The translations under genes were made by a program, and so were the position numbers. This document shows, in pieces, positions 51,854 through 63,911 of a stretch of 64,000 nucleotides of DNA. This DNA is from Chiloscyllium plagiosum (Eukaryota). Under the pieces are notes generated by a model. That model made no database searches, was not told the DNA's origin, and saw only the letters and a list, made by a program, of their open reading frames with translations. Each line of letters begins with the position of its first letter. Within the stretch, counting starts at the first letter, position 1. Where the stretch lies: NCBI RefSeq assembly GCF_004010195.1, contig NC_057710.1, forward strand, positions 95,905,041 through 95,969,040, written 5' to 3'.

Positions 51854-52689
51854 AAACTAAAGGTTCTTCAACCTGTAAAAAAAAAAGTTCAGTGCATTCC
51901 CAATAAGACAAATAAACTACGGACGCAAACTAATGTTCAAACCAACATTACAAAGGCACATTTACAAAATTACCACAGTTGGATTCCATGCTGTTATCAC
52001 AGTTTGAAAAGACAAACAGAAAGGAAGAAGTAGCTCTTGTAGGAAAGGATGACATAAGCACAATAGTGAAAAAGTCTTGGCTTAGAAGATCAGATGAGGA
52101 GGAATAGCAAGCACCAGAAAACACTGGTCAAAATAGCTCATAGACTCCCGTGCAGCATTTATACCACTGGTTGAATACTATGCAAGAATTTATTGGAGTA
52201 TATAACAGGCCATATAATAATTGAAGGAGACATTAATCTTCATGTAGATTGGACCAATCAAATTGGCAAATGTAGTCTGGAGGATGAATTCATAATGTTA
52301 TCGTGATAGTTTCCAGGAGCAATATGTTATGGAGCTGGGGATGAATATGGTGTTGTGCAATAAACCACAGTTAATTAGTAATCTCATAGTAAACATTCCA
52401 CTGGGGAATAGTGATCATAGTACAGGTGAATCCGATATTAAAGTTGCAAGTTACATCTGCTTCTCCCAATGAAAAGTTTTAAAGGAGGGAAGACAAAGCT
52501 GGGAAAATAAATAAACCATATGGCAATAAATAGACAGTGGGAAGCATAAACCATTCATCATGTTCAGCAAATTATGTCCTATTAAAAAGAAAATCATGAG
52601 AGATCTATTGATGTTACCCAGGAAATTTATAGCAGTATTACACCAAAAGAAAAGGTGTTATAATTCCTGTACCTTTTAAAAGTAAAGTT

Positions 52690-52892
52690 GCTATAGTCCT
52701 AGAAGGTCATAGTGCTGCCCTCTCATTAAAGAGAGAGAAGACTAGTGGTGGTTTACCCTGAGGGTCACCTTGCCTGAGGCAAGGGCTACAGTTGAGAAAG
52801 TGGGAGCTTCCTGGTAACCTAATCTGGTACGGGCATTAAATCCTGCTGTTGGCATCATGCAGTGCAAACCGATCGTCCAGCCAACTGAGTCA
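52690..52892 (-). mobile_element. tRNA-derived SINE, second family
   Basis: Homologous to 47545-47710 and 63912-64000. Confidence 0.65.
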
Positions 52893-53222
52893 GCAAGGAA
52901 TGTATGCTTTCCAAAGTACTTCGGGCATTGCAAATGTTTTATAATGTTGTGAAGAATAGTATGTCAGTCAGGGGACTGGGTATGTGTTTTAGAAATCAGA
53001 GTCAGCAAGATGTCAGTTAAAAAGGAAACGAACAATAGAATGAGAATAAAAACAGTTTGGAAGGGCTTACACAAGTATATAAGTAGCTAAACCTTATGTT
53101 GATGCCCACAGAGGCAGACACAGGTTAAGTTATCATGAGGATTGTCTTGAACAGAGACCATCACAGAATAAGTCGCAAGTGATAGAAATTAATAACCCAG
53201 CAGCTACATGAAGAAATTAAAC

Positions 53223-53411
53223 TGAGAAAGTGAGGACTGGAGATCAGAGTCAAGAGTGTGGTGCTGGAAAAGCACAGCAGGTCAGGCAGCATCCAAGGAG
53301 CAGCAGAATCGGCATTTCATCATGAAGGGCTTATGCCCGAAATGTTGATTTGCCTGCTCCTCAGATGCTGCCTGGCCTGCTATGCTTTTCCAGCACCCAC
53401 ACTCTAGACAG
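53223..53411. mobile_element. Penelope-like end, family A, fold-back insertion
   Basis: 14-bp TSD tgaagaaattaaac (53209-53222, 53412-53425). 53253-53318 is inverted at 53339-53405, and the loop is the hammerhead stem II (gggcttatgccc). Confidence 0.8.
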
Positions 53412-53924
53412 TGAAGAAATTAAACACAATGTCAGCAAAGAGAAAATATTGAAGGAACATAATGTGGGACCAAAATGTAGCAAATCTCTAGTGCTTCATG
53501 AAAGGATTCTATTAAAGTAGCAGCAGAAATGTGGGATGTTGGGGTTATGATTTTCTAGAATTCTCTACATTCTAAACAGCCATTCAAGGTTACAAGTTAG
53601 CAAATATTATACAGCTATTGAAGAATGGAAAGAGAGAATAAAAAGAGGAAGTTTTACAAAAGGGAAAATATGCTTGACCTGTTTATTGAAGTTTTTTGGG
53701 ATGTAACTAGAATTGTAAGTAGAGGAACCAGGACCTATATTATGCTTATCTTTTTAAAAGGCATTTGGTAAGGTGCCACACACAAGGTTAATACGCAAAA
53801 TACGGCCTCATGGAATTGGGATAATACATTAGCATAGATAGGTTAATGGATGGGAAACAAAGAATATGGACAAATGGTGCATTTTCAAGTTGGCAGGTTG
53901 TGACAGGTAGTGTGTCATCGAGCC

Positions 53925-54235
53925 ACCCAGAACAAACCTTTTGGTCCAAATTGTTAGTGCCGACTAGTCGTCCCATTTGCCAGCATTTGCCCCATATTTA
54001 TCTAAACCTTTCCGATTCATTTACTCATCTAGTTGCTTTTTAAATGTTGCAATTGTACCTCTGGCAGCTCATTCCAAACATACACTGCCCCTCAGGTCCC
54101 TTTTAAATCTTTCCTCCTCACCTTCAACCTATGCCCTCTCCTTTTGGACGCTCTCACCCTGAGAAGAAGACCAAGACTATTCACCTTATCCATGCCTCTC
54201 ATGATTTAAAAACCTCAATAAGGTCGCCCCTTAGT
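53925..54235 (-). mobile_element. CR1 3' fragment nested in the older LINE
   Basis: Reverse complement similar to 17150-17520. Confidence 0.8.
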
Positions 54236-54529
54236 GTATGCTGCTAGAATAAATGCTTCAGTTTCAACTATTTTTCATGTATATTAAAGAGACAGAATAA
54301 TATATTCGTGTTAGCTGAGGAAACAAATTCAGGTGGGAATGCAAGCTTTGGGGATGACCAAAGACTGCAATGAGATATGGACAGGTTAAGTGAGTAAGCA
54401 GCAAGGGACAGTTAGAGTATGATATGGAAGAGTGAGAATAGAAAGGAGAATATTGTTTAAAAGGTGTGAAACTTGTAAATATTCATGTTCAGAAAGGAAA
54501 GGGTGTACTTACACCAGGAACATACGTAA

Positions 54530-54688
54530 TAGTCCATTCAGCACACAAGCATGATCGAAAGCTCCTTGTTTCTTGTCATTTCAATCCTCCACCTTGTTCC
54601 AGTGAAAGTGACTGCAAGCTGAAGGAACAACATTTCATCTTTTGACTTGGCACTGAGTAGTCTTCCAGACTCAACATTGAGTTCAACA
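54530..54688 (+). mobile_element. Penelope-like GIY-YIG C-terminal remnant
   Basis: Reads approximately KLKEQHFIF*LGT..SRLNIEFNN, a typical PLE endonuclease C-terminus; interrupted by the SINE that follows. Confidence 0.55.
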
Positions 54689-55018
54689 ATGGTTAGCATT
54701 GCTGCCTCACAGCGTCAGGGACCCAGGTTCGATTTCAGCCTCTGGCGACTGTCTGTATGCAGTTTGCACATTCTCCCGGTGTCTGCGTGGGTTTCCTCCG
54801 GGTGCTCCAGTTTCCTCCCACAATCCAAAGATACGCAAGTTAGGTGAATTGGCCATGCTAAATTGCCCATTGTGTTCAGGGATGTGTGTGTTCGGTGCAT
54901 TTGTCGGGGGTAAATGTAGAGTAATAGGATAGGGGAATGGGTCTGGGTGGGTTAGTCTTCGGTGTGGACTTGTTGGGCTAAATGGCCTGTTTCCACATTG
55001 AAGGGGTTCTTTGATTCT
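54689..55018 (+). mobile_element. tRNA-derived SINE (HE1/V-SINE-like)
   Basis: tggttagcattgctgcctcacagcgtcagggacccaggttcgatt head, conserved core and CR1-like tail. Confidence 0.9.
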
Positions 55019-56121
55019 AATTTCAGATCATAAACCCTGTCTCCATCTTGTTTTTCCTTTCCTAGTTTTCTCTTATTTTATTTGTTTCTTAATTTCATCC
55101 CTTCAAGTTGCATTCAGATTGGCCTATAGTCTCTGGAATTTATAAGACTGAGATATATAAGACTCTGAAAAGGATCGACAGGGCAGGCATGGAGAGGTTG
55201 ATTTGCCCTGGCTAGGAATCAAGACTGTGGCAGCTCAGTCTCGGGATAAAGGGGCCAGTCAGTTAGGACTGTCAATCTTAGGAATTCTCTGCCCCAGTTG
55301 TGTGGGGCAGGTGAGAAATGGAGTTGAAGCCAATAATTGGGTGTGATCGTGCTGAATGGTACAACCAGCTACAGGTTATATGATTGTCTCCTGTGCTGAC
55401 CCCTCGTTATACATAAAACACATTTAGTACATGAACTTCAGGTGGTTTCTTATCCCCTGAACTCCGAGACTGAAATTCTATATTATATGCACTAGTAAAT
55501 GTAAGTTTATAATGTAGGTCATTACCTTAGAAATGATTGCCTTTATTGATGTGCCTTTTCAGGATGCTGTTAAGTGGCAATAGGTTTTGAATTTGAATGA
55601 TTACTGCCAGGTGTCAGAGAAAAAAATCACACCCATTTGCATGAAATACTGTATTAAACTAAATATCTGCAAAGTACACAATCTGTCTGGTTTATAATTT
55701 GTTGCTCCATGGACCATAAATTACTGTTGGAAATATTGCAAAGGAAGACTTGATGCATTCTAACGCGATTTCTCTCTGCAATTTTAATGGATTGATGCAT
55801 CTGCCAAAATAGGAAAGTTATGCAAGCACATTACGCATTAGCCACAGATACTGTCATCAGTTACTTCCAAGCATGTGTTGTTTCAAAATTGTTTTGTTAC
55901 TTTTACTATACATCAATGAAAGTTAATAAGGACCTAATGTTTTTCTGATGATACAAGTGACACTGTTATTTGTGTGTGATGCCTTAATATTGACAATAGA
56001 ACATACTGCTTCTCCGTCAACAAATGAGAAAAGGTTTGTCAACCTCAGTGTTATTTAAGTGGCGCATGAGGCAATTTTGATAAATAATTGCAGCTAATGT
56101 CTCACATTCTTATTTGCGCAG

Positions 56122-56236
56122 GGATTTTGCCTATGTCGCAAGAGATAAAGACACACGAATCCTAAAATGTCATGTGTTCCGATGTGATACACCAGCAAAA
56201 GCCATTGCAACAAGTCTTCACGAAATCTGCTCCAAG
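56122..56236 (+). CDS. APBB2: APBB2 coding exon, C-terminal part of PTB1, phase 2-0, 115 nt
   Basis: Branch-like gctaat at 56093, gcgcag|G acceptor, AAG|gtgaga donor. Translates (R)[38 protein letters not shown]. Confidence 0.96.
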
Positions 56237-57382
56237 GTGAGAGCAAATTTCCATCAGCTCTGAACCCTCCTATGCGAATGGATTCACTCACCTTGAGTGT
56301 TGTTCACAACATTTAGCATTTCTGGGTATTTTATAAAGTCTGTCTTTACAGTTATAATCCAGGCACATCATTTACCAGAAGCACCTCCAGCCACCATCCA
56401 TCTCGCTGCCATAAAGACAAAACTGAACAGTATTTGTTGAAATAATTGGGCATTTGCGTTTTGTTTTCTGATACCTGTGGCAGTACTTCCCAAATGTCAT
56501 CCAACTGTAACTCTGTTTTGAGGCATGTAAATGGATGTGATGGAGAAGTGAGAACTGCAAAGGTAAGGGAGGACACCTGTGAGAAGAAAGAGGTCCTGTG
56601 TAAATGGGGACCTGCCGGTTAAGTCAGTCAGAGCTCCAACAGTGGCCATTTCTGCCTTGGAGCTCGTGGCCCCATAAATTCAGCTTGTGGCGCATTTGTT
56701 AACTTTTGTGGGAAGCCATGGCCTAGAGGGTAAGGTATAATCTTTTAAACAAGTCATTTGCATCAGCAAAGATGTAGGGTTGGAGAGGGTAGGTGAAGAG
56801 GAGTTGGAGATATGTTCACATACCCCAGTATAGAGGATAAATCACAAACCTGGTAAATTAAGAGAGCAGAAAGTCTAAAGATTAGCATCAGGTCGAAGGC
56901 ATTGGTGTTGCAATGCTGATAGAATGGCATGGATGTATGGACTGCAGTTATACTAGAACTGTAGCTATGATGTAACTAAGTTTGGCGAAATCACCACACT
57001 TCAGTGGTTCTACCAAGGACAACTTTGGATTTCTGATTTTTTTAGGAAGAGTTTCAACCCTGTTAAAGAAAGAAAGAATAAACAAACAAACATTGCCCAT
57101 TCCGTTATTCTTAAAATGGTATACAGTATTCCCAAATACTAATGCTGAGTTTCCACAGAAAGTGTTGAGTAAGAGATCCAACCTGACTACAACAAATCAG
57201 GATCTGAATCTTTTGAGGCATCATTCATATCATTTTAAGTGGAGGTTGATGGCTTAACATTGTGAACAGAGTTTATGTACCGTGAATACTGACAACAATC
57301 TGTGATGTCTTTATGCAAAGTTAATTGTGAAATCAAAATAGAAATTTTACATTCATTGTATAATCAAATTAATAACTTGGTG

Positions 57383-57448
57383 CATGAAGGACATGCACCA
57401 TGAAGGACATGCACCATGAAGGACATGCACCATGAAGGACATGCACCA
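57383..57448. repeat. Perfect 16-bp tandem repeat x4 (catgaaggacatgcac)
   Basis: Units start at 57383, 57399, 57415 and 57431. Confidence 0.97.
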
Positions 57449-57849
57449 ATGCTATTCTGCTTTGACATTTAACACTGTTCTTAAATATTCTAAAATATTC
57501 TTTATCCAAGATTCTGCAGTTTAGTGACCCTGATATTTCGAATAGTTCATTTCCACAAAACGTTACAGATGAGTTGGTAATGTTTCCTTACTCTTACTGT
57601 TATTTATGACTTCTGAGGCCCTACTACTTCTCTAATCAATCTAAAAAAAAGGCACTTGAATCTTTTTGATGCCTAATTGACTTTGGAAATTATGATGAAA
57701 GATTTAAAAAAAAACTTAGCTTCTTTTCCTTTCACTAACCGACTGGAATGAACCTCCCCATCAGGCTCTCCCGGCCTGATGCCTGCAAACTTTCTCTAGG
57801 TCCTCTCTTTTCTCCATAAGCTGACCTCTCTAAGATCGGTTTGTCCATG

Positions 57850-58930
57850 CTACACAACTGCTTGTACAAACCTGTTCTTGCCAAACTATTGACCACTCAG
57901 ATTCCCTTCCTGACCTCCTCCCGCCTCCATTAGCTGAGATTGTTAGCAGTTGCCTCTCATTTCCTCCATCCCTTCAAATCTGCTGTTTTCGCCAATCCCC
58001 AATTCTCTTCTCACTCGTGCTCTGTTGACTCTATAGTGCCTGAATTCAATTCATTAAATATATCTGAAATTAAAAGCTAAAGTTACCAGTTTCTCATGGA
58101 AACATTTGGAAAGAAATCTCTGATACTTACTCAGTTTGACCTTCACATGACTCCAAATCCACATGAATGTGACTGTTGACTGTCTTTTAGATAGCCTTGC
58201 CAGCCACTGTTATATTCACAGTATATCACCGTGGCCTTCTCAGGGATATTTGGAGATGAGTAATAAATTGTGACCTAGCCAGTAATGCTTCAATTGCATC
58301 AGATATTTGCTTTAGAAAAAAGGATAGTTCTATTCCACACCTTCTCTCTGTTACTCTCTCTCACTGTGTCTCTCCCCTTCAACTTCACGCACTGCTACAA
58401 GCCTTTATCCATGTTTTTATTTCGTTTTTAGACTTCACTACTCAAAATCTTCCTTGACTGGTCTCCAGCAAGCACATTTCATAAACTTAATTCTTCCAAA
58501 TCTTTGCTTCCTCCTTTATTCTAATTTATACTGATCACCCATCAGCTGTGTGTTTGATTACTTCTATTGGCTTTCAGTCTGACAAAACCTCAATTTTTAA
58601 GAATCTCAACTTTGTTTTCAAATTTCTCTGTGGCCTCATCCCTCAGTATTTCTGTAACCGCTTCCAGCTTTGTAACCCTCGGAGATATCTGTGCTGCACG
58701 AACTGCAACCCCAAAATTAATCGCTTCAACTGTCTTGACCCTAAATTCTGGAATTTCTGATCTATAACTCCCTGCCCTTTGACTCTTTCAAAGTGCTCCT
58801 TAAAATCTAATCTGTTGACCAGCATTTAATTACCTGGTTTAATATTTCCTGGCTTGACTTAAATTGTGTTCAATGATAACTTCTGGGAAGCTCCTTGGGA
58901 TATTTTGCTACCTCAAAGATTTTATGTAAA
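57850..58930 (+). mobile_element. Decayed L2-like LINE fragments
   Basis: Pyrimidine-rich L2-like 3' region ending gtaaatataagttgtt. Confidence 0.5.
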
Positions 58931-61099
58931 TATAAGTTGTTTTAAATGACAGTCTGACAGAATGTAAATTGGTATAATAAGCATGTTTTTGTGATGATGG
59001 TTTAAAACATTTTAGTTCTCTGTTTTAATTATTTGTTAACGTATGATATTTCTTTTAAGAATGATTAAGTATTAAAACCAGCAAAGCAATTTGAGAATGT
59101 AAAAAATTCAAATAGATGACAAATCAACCTTGTACAACAGTGAATAGCTTGTCCGGACATGTTGATTATGTCAGGAAAAATTATTATTATACCATTGTTG
59201 TTTCTTCCACCGCTAAGTAGAGACTCTGTCTGAAACATACTGTACTTGTTAGAACACAGTATCAAAGTGAGGGTCTGTTAATTGGCATGGTCTGTTCAAT
59301 GTTCTTGTTTGTGTTTAGCAGGTCTGAACATAAATGGTATTTTGCACTTTTGGAATTAGCATTTTCCAATGTTGATGTTTTACTTATGATTTATATAATG
59401 TACAACTAAACATTATTTCCACCTGAAATTCAGAATGACTATAAGGCAAAAACTCGGTACCATGTATTCTAATTTATTATGCAAGTCAGAGAAGGTAACC
59501 TGGATTTTTCACTTGACTGCTTTGCCTGGTTTAACTGGTACAAAAGATCAAGGATTTCTAAATGCAAATTGTATTCAATGCAAATCACAATTCTGACTTC
59601 TTTATAAGAACATTGCAGCAAATGCCCAACCCACCCCCAAAGCTGCCCCTGAGGGGAACTCATTGCCCTCCAGCATTTCCGCTAATTGCATCAATGTTTG
59701 AAGCCTCTCCAGATGAAGTTGAACATATGGTTTCAAAGATACTGAGAGGTTTTAAACAAACTTTTTTTGTTTTATAAGGAATTTCTGTTGTATCCGAATT
59801 TAATTTCATTTTTTAAAAAGTTTTAGTTTTTTGAAGGCATGTTTTACATAATTTTCAGCCATTTAAAATGCTTATTTCTGGTGATAAAACAATTTTCTAA
59901 GTATTAATAACATCTTACCAAGTTGCCATTCCTAAATGTATCAAGGTATATTATTAAAGCAAAATTATATTGAAAACTTTTTTTCCATTACAGTGATTCA
60001 GGGCAGATTCGGAGTTAGGTGATATGTCCAAACTGAGCAGAAACTCAGGCGAGAAAGAGAGACATACTTGTCAAATTGAGTGGCTTACTGCCAACTGTGC
60101 CCAAAGCAGAAAGTATTTTTGCACCTGGATTACATAAATTACAATGAATGAGATCAAATGGGCAGCTCAATAGAAATCCCAAATTTGACTTGCTAAATGT
60201 ACTAGAAATTAAATTTGGATAATTTTCCAATTAGCAGTCATTTATTACTAGCAATCCAAACATTGTTTAGATCAAATTTTTTTATTCGTTCATGAGATGT
60301 GAGCATCACTGGCAGAGACAGTATTTATTGTCCAACCTTAAATGCCCTAAAAGTGGTGGTGAGCTGCTTTTTTCAAACGGCTGCACTGCATTTGGTGTAG
60401 GGGCACCCACAATGCCCTAAGAGAAGAGAGTTTCAGGAGTTCCAGTGACAGTGAAGGAACAGTGACATATTTCCAAGTCAGGATGGTCAATGCCTTGGAG
60501 GGGAACTTGCAGGTGATGCCAGTTGGCCTTGTTCTTTGAAGTGGCGGTGGCCATTGTTTTGGAAAATGATGTCTAGGGAACCTTGGTGAAGGTCTGCATC
60601 TTGGAAACTGTGCACAGTACTGCTACTGAGCGCTGGTAGCGGAGAGTGTGAATGTTCGTGGAGGTGATGCCAATCAAATGAGGTGGAGTTAAGCTTTTGA
60701 GTGTATCTGGGTTTTATGTATCTCTGTGACTATTTTTGTTGTCAAATTTTGAAGACATTTGAGATTAGAATGCAAACGAAGGTATGAAAATGGATACCGG
60801 TAATATAGCAGTGGATTAATGTCTCTTTGGATATTGTTGAGCTGTTTTGCTGTTGTGATTGCACCCAAGCCGAATGGCGACTGGTCGATTGCATACCTAA
60901 CTTGCCTCTCGTAAACAGAGGAGAGGCTTTGAGGATTTAAGTGGTGAGCCAATTGTCAATTTCTGTCACTGCTGTACTTCAAATTCTGGTCAGCGGTGGC
61001 ACCCAACGTTTTGATAGTGGTTACCTTGACAATCTGGCAATAGCAGAAGGCCTTTTTTACAACCACAGGTCAGATGGCATTGCATTATTTGCATTTTCC

Positions 61100-61750
61100 T
61101 TACTATAAGGAAGGCAAATGGAATGTTGGTCTTTATTCCAAAGGGAGTGGAATATAAAAGTTGGGAGGTTTTGCTAAAACTATACATGGCATTAGTTTGA
61201 CTACAATTGGAATACTGTAATCAGTTTTGGGCCCCTTATCCAAAGGACAATATACTGCTAATGGAGGCAGTTCAGAGAAGATTCACTAGGCTGCTACCAG
61301 GTATAGAGGGAGTGTTTTATAGGGAACAGTTAGGTAGATTGGGTCTATACTCATTGTAATAGAAAAGAATGAGAGGCAACTGGATTGAAACACACAAGAT
61401 TCTTTGGGGTCTTGCCACGGTAGATGTGGAGAGGTTGTTTCCCTTGGGGAGAGTATAGGATCAGAAGGCATACTCTCGGGGGACACTTTTAAGATAGATG
61501 AGGAAGAATTTCTTTCCTGAGAAGGTAGTGAATCTGTGGACTTTTTTTAGCTGCAGAGGGCTGTTGAGGCTGGGTCATTAATTACATTCATGGCTAAGAG
61601 AGATAGTTAAAGAATAAGAAAATCAAAGGTTATTGGAAAAGGTAGAAAAGTGAAGTTGAGGATTATCAGAGCAGCCACTATCTCATTGAATAATCGAGCA
61701 GACTCAATGGGCTGAATGGCCTATGCATGTTCCTACATTTTATGGTCTCA
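61100..61750 (+). mobile_element. CR1 LINE 3' fragment
   Basis: Decayed LEYC.QFWAPY...MEAVQRRFTRL coding motifs and 3' UTR. Confidence 0.85.
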
Positions 61751-62149
61751 TGGTCTTTCAGTCATACCAACCTCAAGATCCTTGTGGAGGAAAGGGAGAT
61801 TGGCATTGGAAGTAGTTTACAAAAATGGTGGGATCAAGGGTTGGTTTTTGAACAGAAGATGGAAAATCTGACACAGGGAGGAATAATATCCAGAGGTAAA
61901 AAGCCACTAAAGTATCATCTAATATAGAAGGAAGGGAAGTTGAATGATCAGTTTGTTAGGAATAGGATTGGGAGACCAGGAGGTGGATCTCATGTAAGAA
62001 ATTAGTTCAGATGGGGAGTGAAGATGAAGAGAGAGAGACTCGAGAGAAGAAAATCAAGTTCAGAGCTAGGGCAGAGACCATTTCCAAGAGGAGTGACTGG
62101 CTGGGCAAGGGGAAAACTGGCAGATGGTCTTGGTCTTGGTGACAAAGAA

Positions 62150-62406
62150 ACCTAAGGGGCAACTTTTTCACACAGAGGGTGGTACGTGTATGGAATGAGC
62201 TGCCAGATGATGTGGTGGAGGCTGGTACAATTGCAACATTTAAGAGGCATTTGGATGGGTATATGAATAGGAAGGGTTTGGAGGGATATGGGCCAGGTGC
62301 TGGCAGGTGGGACTAGATTGGGTTGGGATACCTGGTCGGCATGGACGGTTGGGACCGAATGGTCTGTTTCCATGCTGTACATCTCTATGGCTCTATGACT
62401 CTATGA
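62150..62406 (+). mobile_element. Young CR1 3' end
   Basis: Very similar to 17298-17540; (ctctatga)n-like tail. Confidence 0.92.
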
Positions 62407-62874
62407 CAAAGCTTGGATATATAGGGGAAGGAGACATTATGAAGACATTTTGCAATAGAGAAAAATTGGAAAGAGGATTATCTTCGCGTTCAAAGTTGAT
62501 ATTGGAATAGTGAGTAAACCTGGAAAGTGCTGAAAGAGCAAGATAATATGTCATGTTTCATACATGTTAAATAAGTCTAACGAGTGGAAATTACATTTTG
62601 CATGGTGCTATTCAAAGACTACACACAATACATTATCTAATAATTTATCCTGTTACTGTGTGGGACCTTGCTGTGCATTGTAAATTAGCTGTGTATTTTT
62701 AAAATTGGAGCAATGCATTTATTTGAAACTAATCCTACACTGGCTGTGGCACCATTACTGGCCCTGTTAAGCCATTTATTTATGTTTGTTCCATGTTTAT
62801 TCCCTTTAACTCCTTCTACTGAGCTGTTGGGAACTAAGACTTCAGATGATAACTAATGGTTTTTGTTTCTGCAG

Positions 62875-62962
62875 ATAATGGCAGAACGAAGGAACGCCAA
62901 AGCTGTGGCTTGCAGTATCTCTCAGGAACGAGTCAATATGAACCTTGACGTTCCTCTACAAG
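62875..62962 (+). CDS. APBB2: APBB2 coding exon, PTB1-PTB2 linker, phase 0-1, 88 nt
   Basis: Branch-like actaat at 62852, ttctgcag|ATA acceptor, CAA G|gtaaca donor. Translates IMAERRNAKAVACSISQERVNMNLDVPLQ. Confidence 0.95.
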
Positions 62963-63911
62963 GTAACATTTTCTTCTGAACAAACTGTCCATTTCAGTGT
63001 TTTTAGCCATGTTTAATGGTAGTGCAATGATCTCTAATTCAGAAAGGTGTGAGTTCACTCCAATGATTTGAACATGTAATCTGACTGACTGTTTTCCGTA
63101 GTGCTGAGGGAGTCCTAGACAGTAACTGTCATAAATGGCAGTAAAAATATGCTCCTTCTGCCCTTCCCAACAATTCAGTATTATTTCACAGAGCAGAGGT
63201 GAGGTTATCCCTAATCTCTTGGCAAATACTTGTCCCTCAATCAAAATCACAAAAGAGATTACCTGATCATTTCTGTTATTGCTGTTTATAAGATCTTGCT
63301 GCATGCAAATTGGCACCCAGGGTTCCCACATAATGACTTCAGAGGAATTTCTTTGGCTATAAAGCACTTTGGAATTTCCTGAGGTTATGAGTGGCTTGCA
63401 TTTTCCTTTTTTTCCAATAACTATTTGTAATTCTTAATTGTGTAAGTGACAAAGTAGAAAGTGTCAAGAGCTGACCCTGAAAATAAGGAGAACAAACACC
63501 AAGTCAAAGCATTTTGACATGATTTGTAATCTGAGTTGCTGAGAATATAGTCAGACTGTTTATGGATTTAAGAAAATAATTAATCTGTATCCATAAAATA
63601 TAAACAAATCTCTGATCATAACAATATGATGCAATTAATGACATTTGTAATTACGTTCACAGTTTAGGAGTATTAGTGTTACCTCTATTTATGCAGATTA
63701 AGATATCTCCTGTGTAATTGGGGGCAATTCCGTAATGTGAGTGCTTTATAGATATTGGATTTTTAAAATATTTATAATCCTGTGAAAAATGTAATTCAGG
63801 ATTACAGTGGTCCAACACTATGGGTTTTGAGAACTTAAATGTTTATTTATTTCAGTTTGAAGTCAGAGTTTTGGGCTGCCTGTTTAGCTTAATAATAAAA
63901 GGGTTTAATAA

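Larger units (their letters stand above)
50630..55390 (+). mobile_element. Old, long CR1 LINE relic (ORF1 esterase-like remnant through RT and 3' end) interrupted by nested insertions
   Basis: DVVVHIGTDN (CR1 ORF1 SGNH-esterase-like), decayed APE and RT motifs (aaaaggcatttggtaaggtgccacac, related to KAFDKVPH) and a 3' UTR-like end. Confidence 0.7.

Noticed and set aside
57383-57448. CRISPR-like array
   Set aside because: Head-to-tail repeats without spacers in a vertebrate intron.
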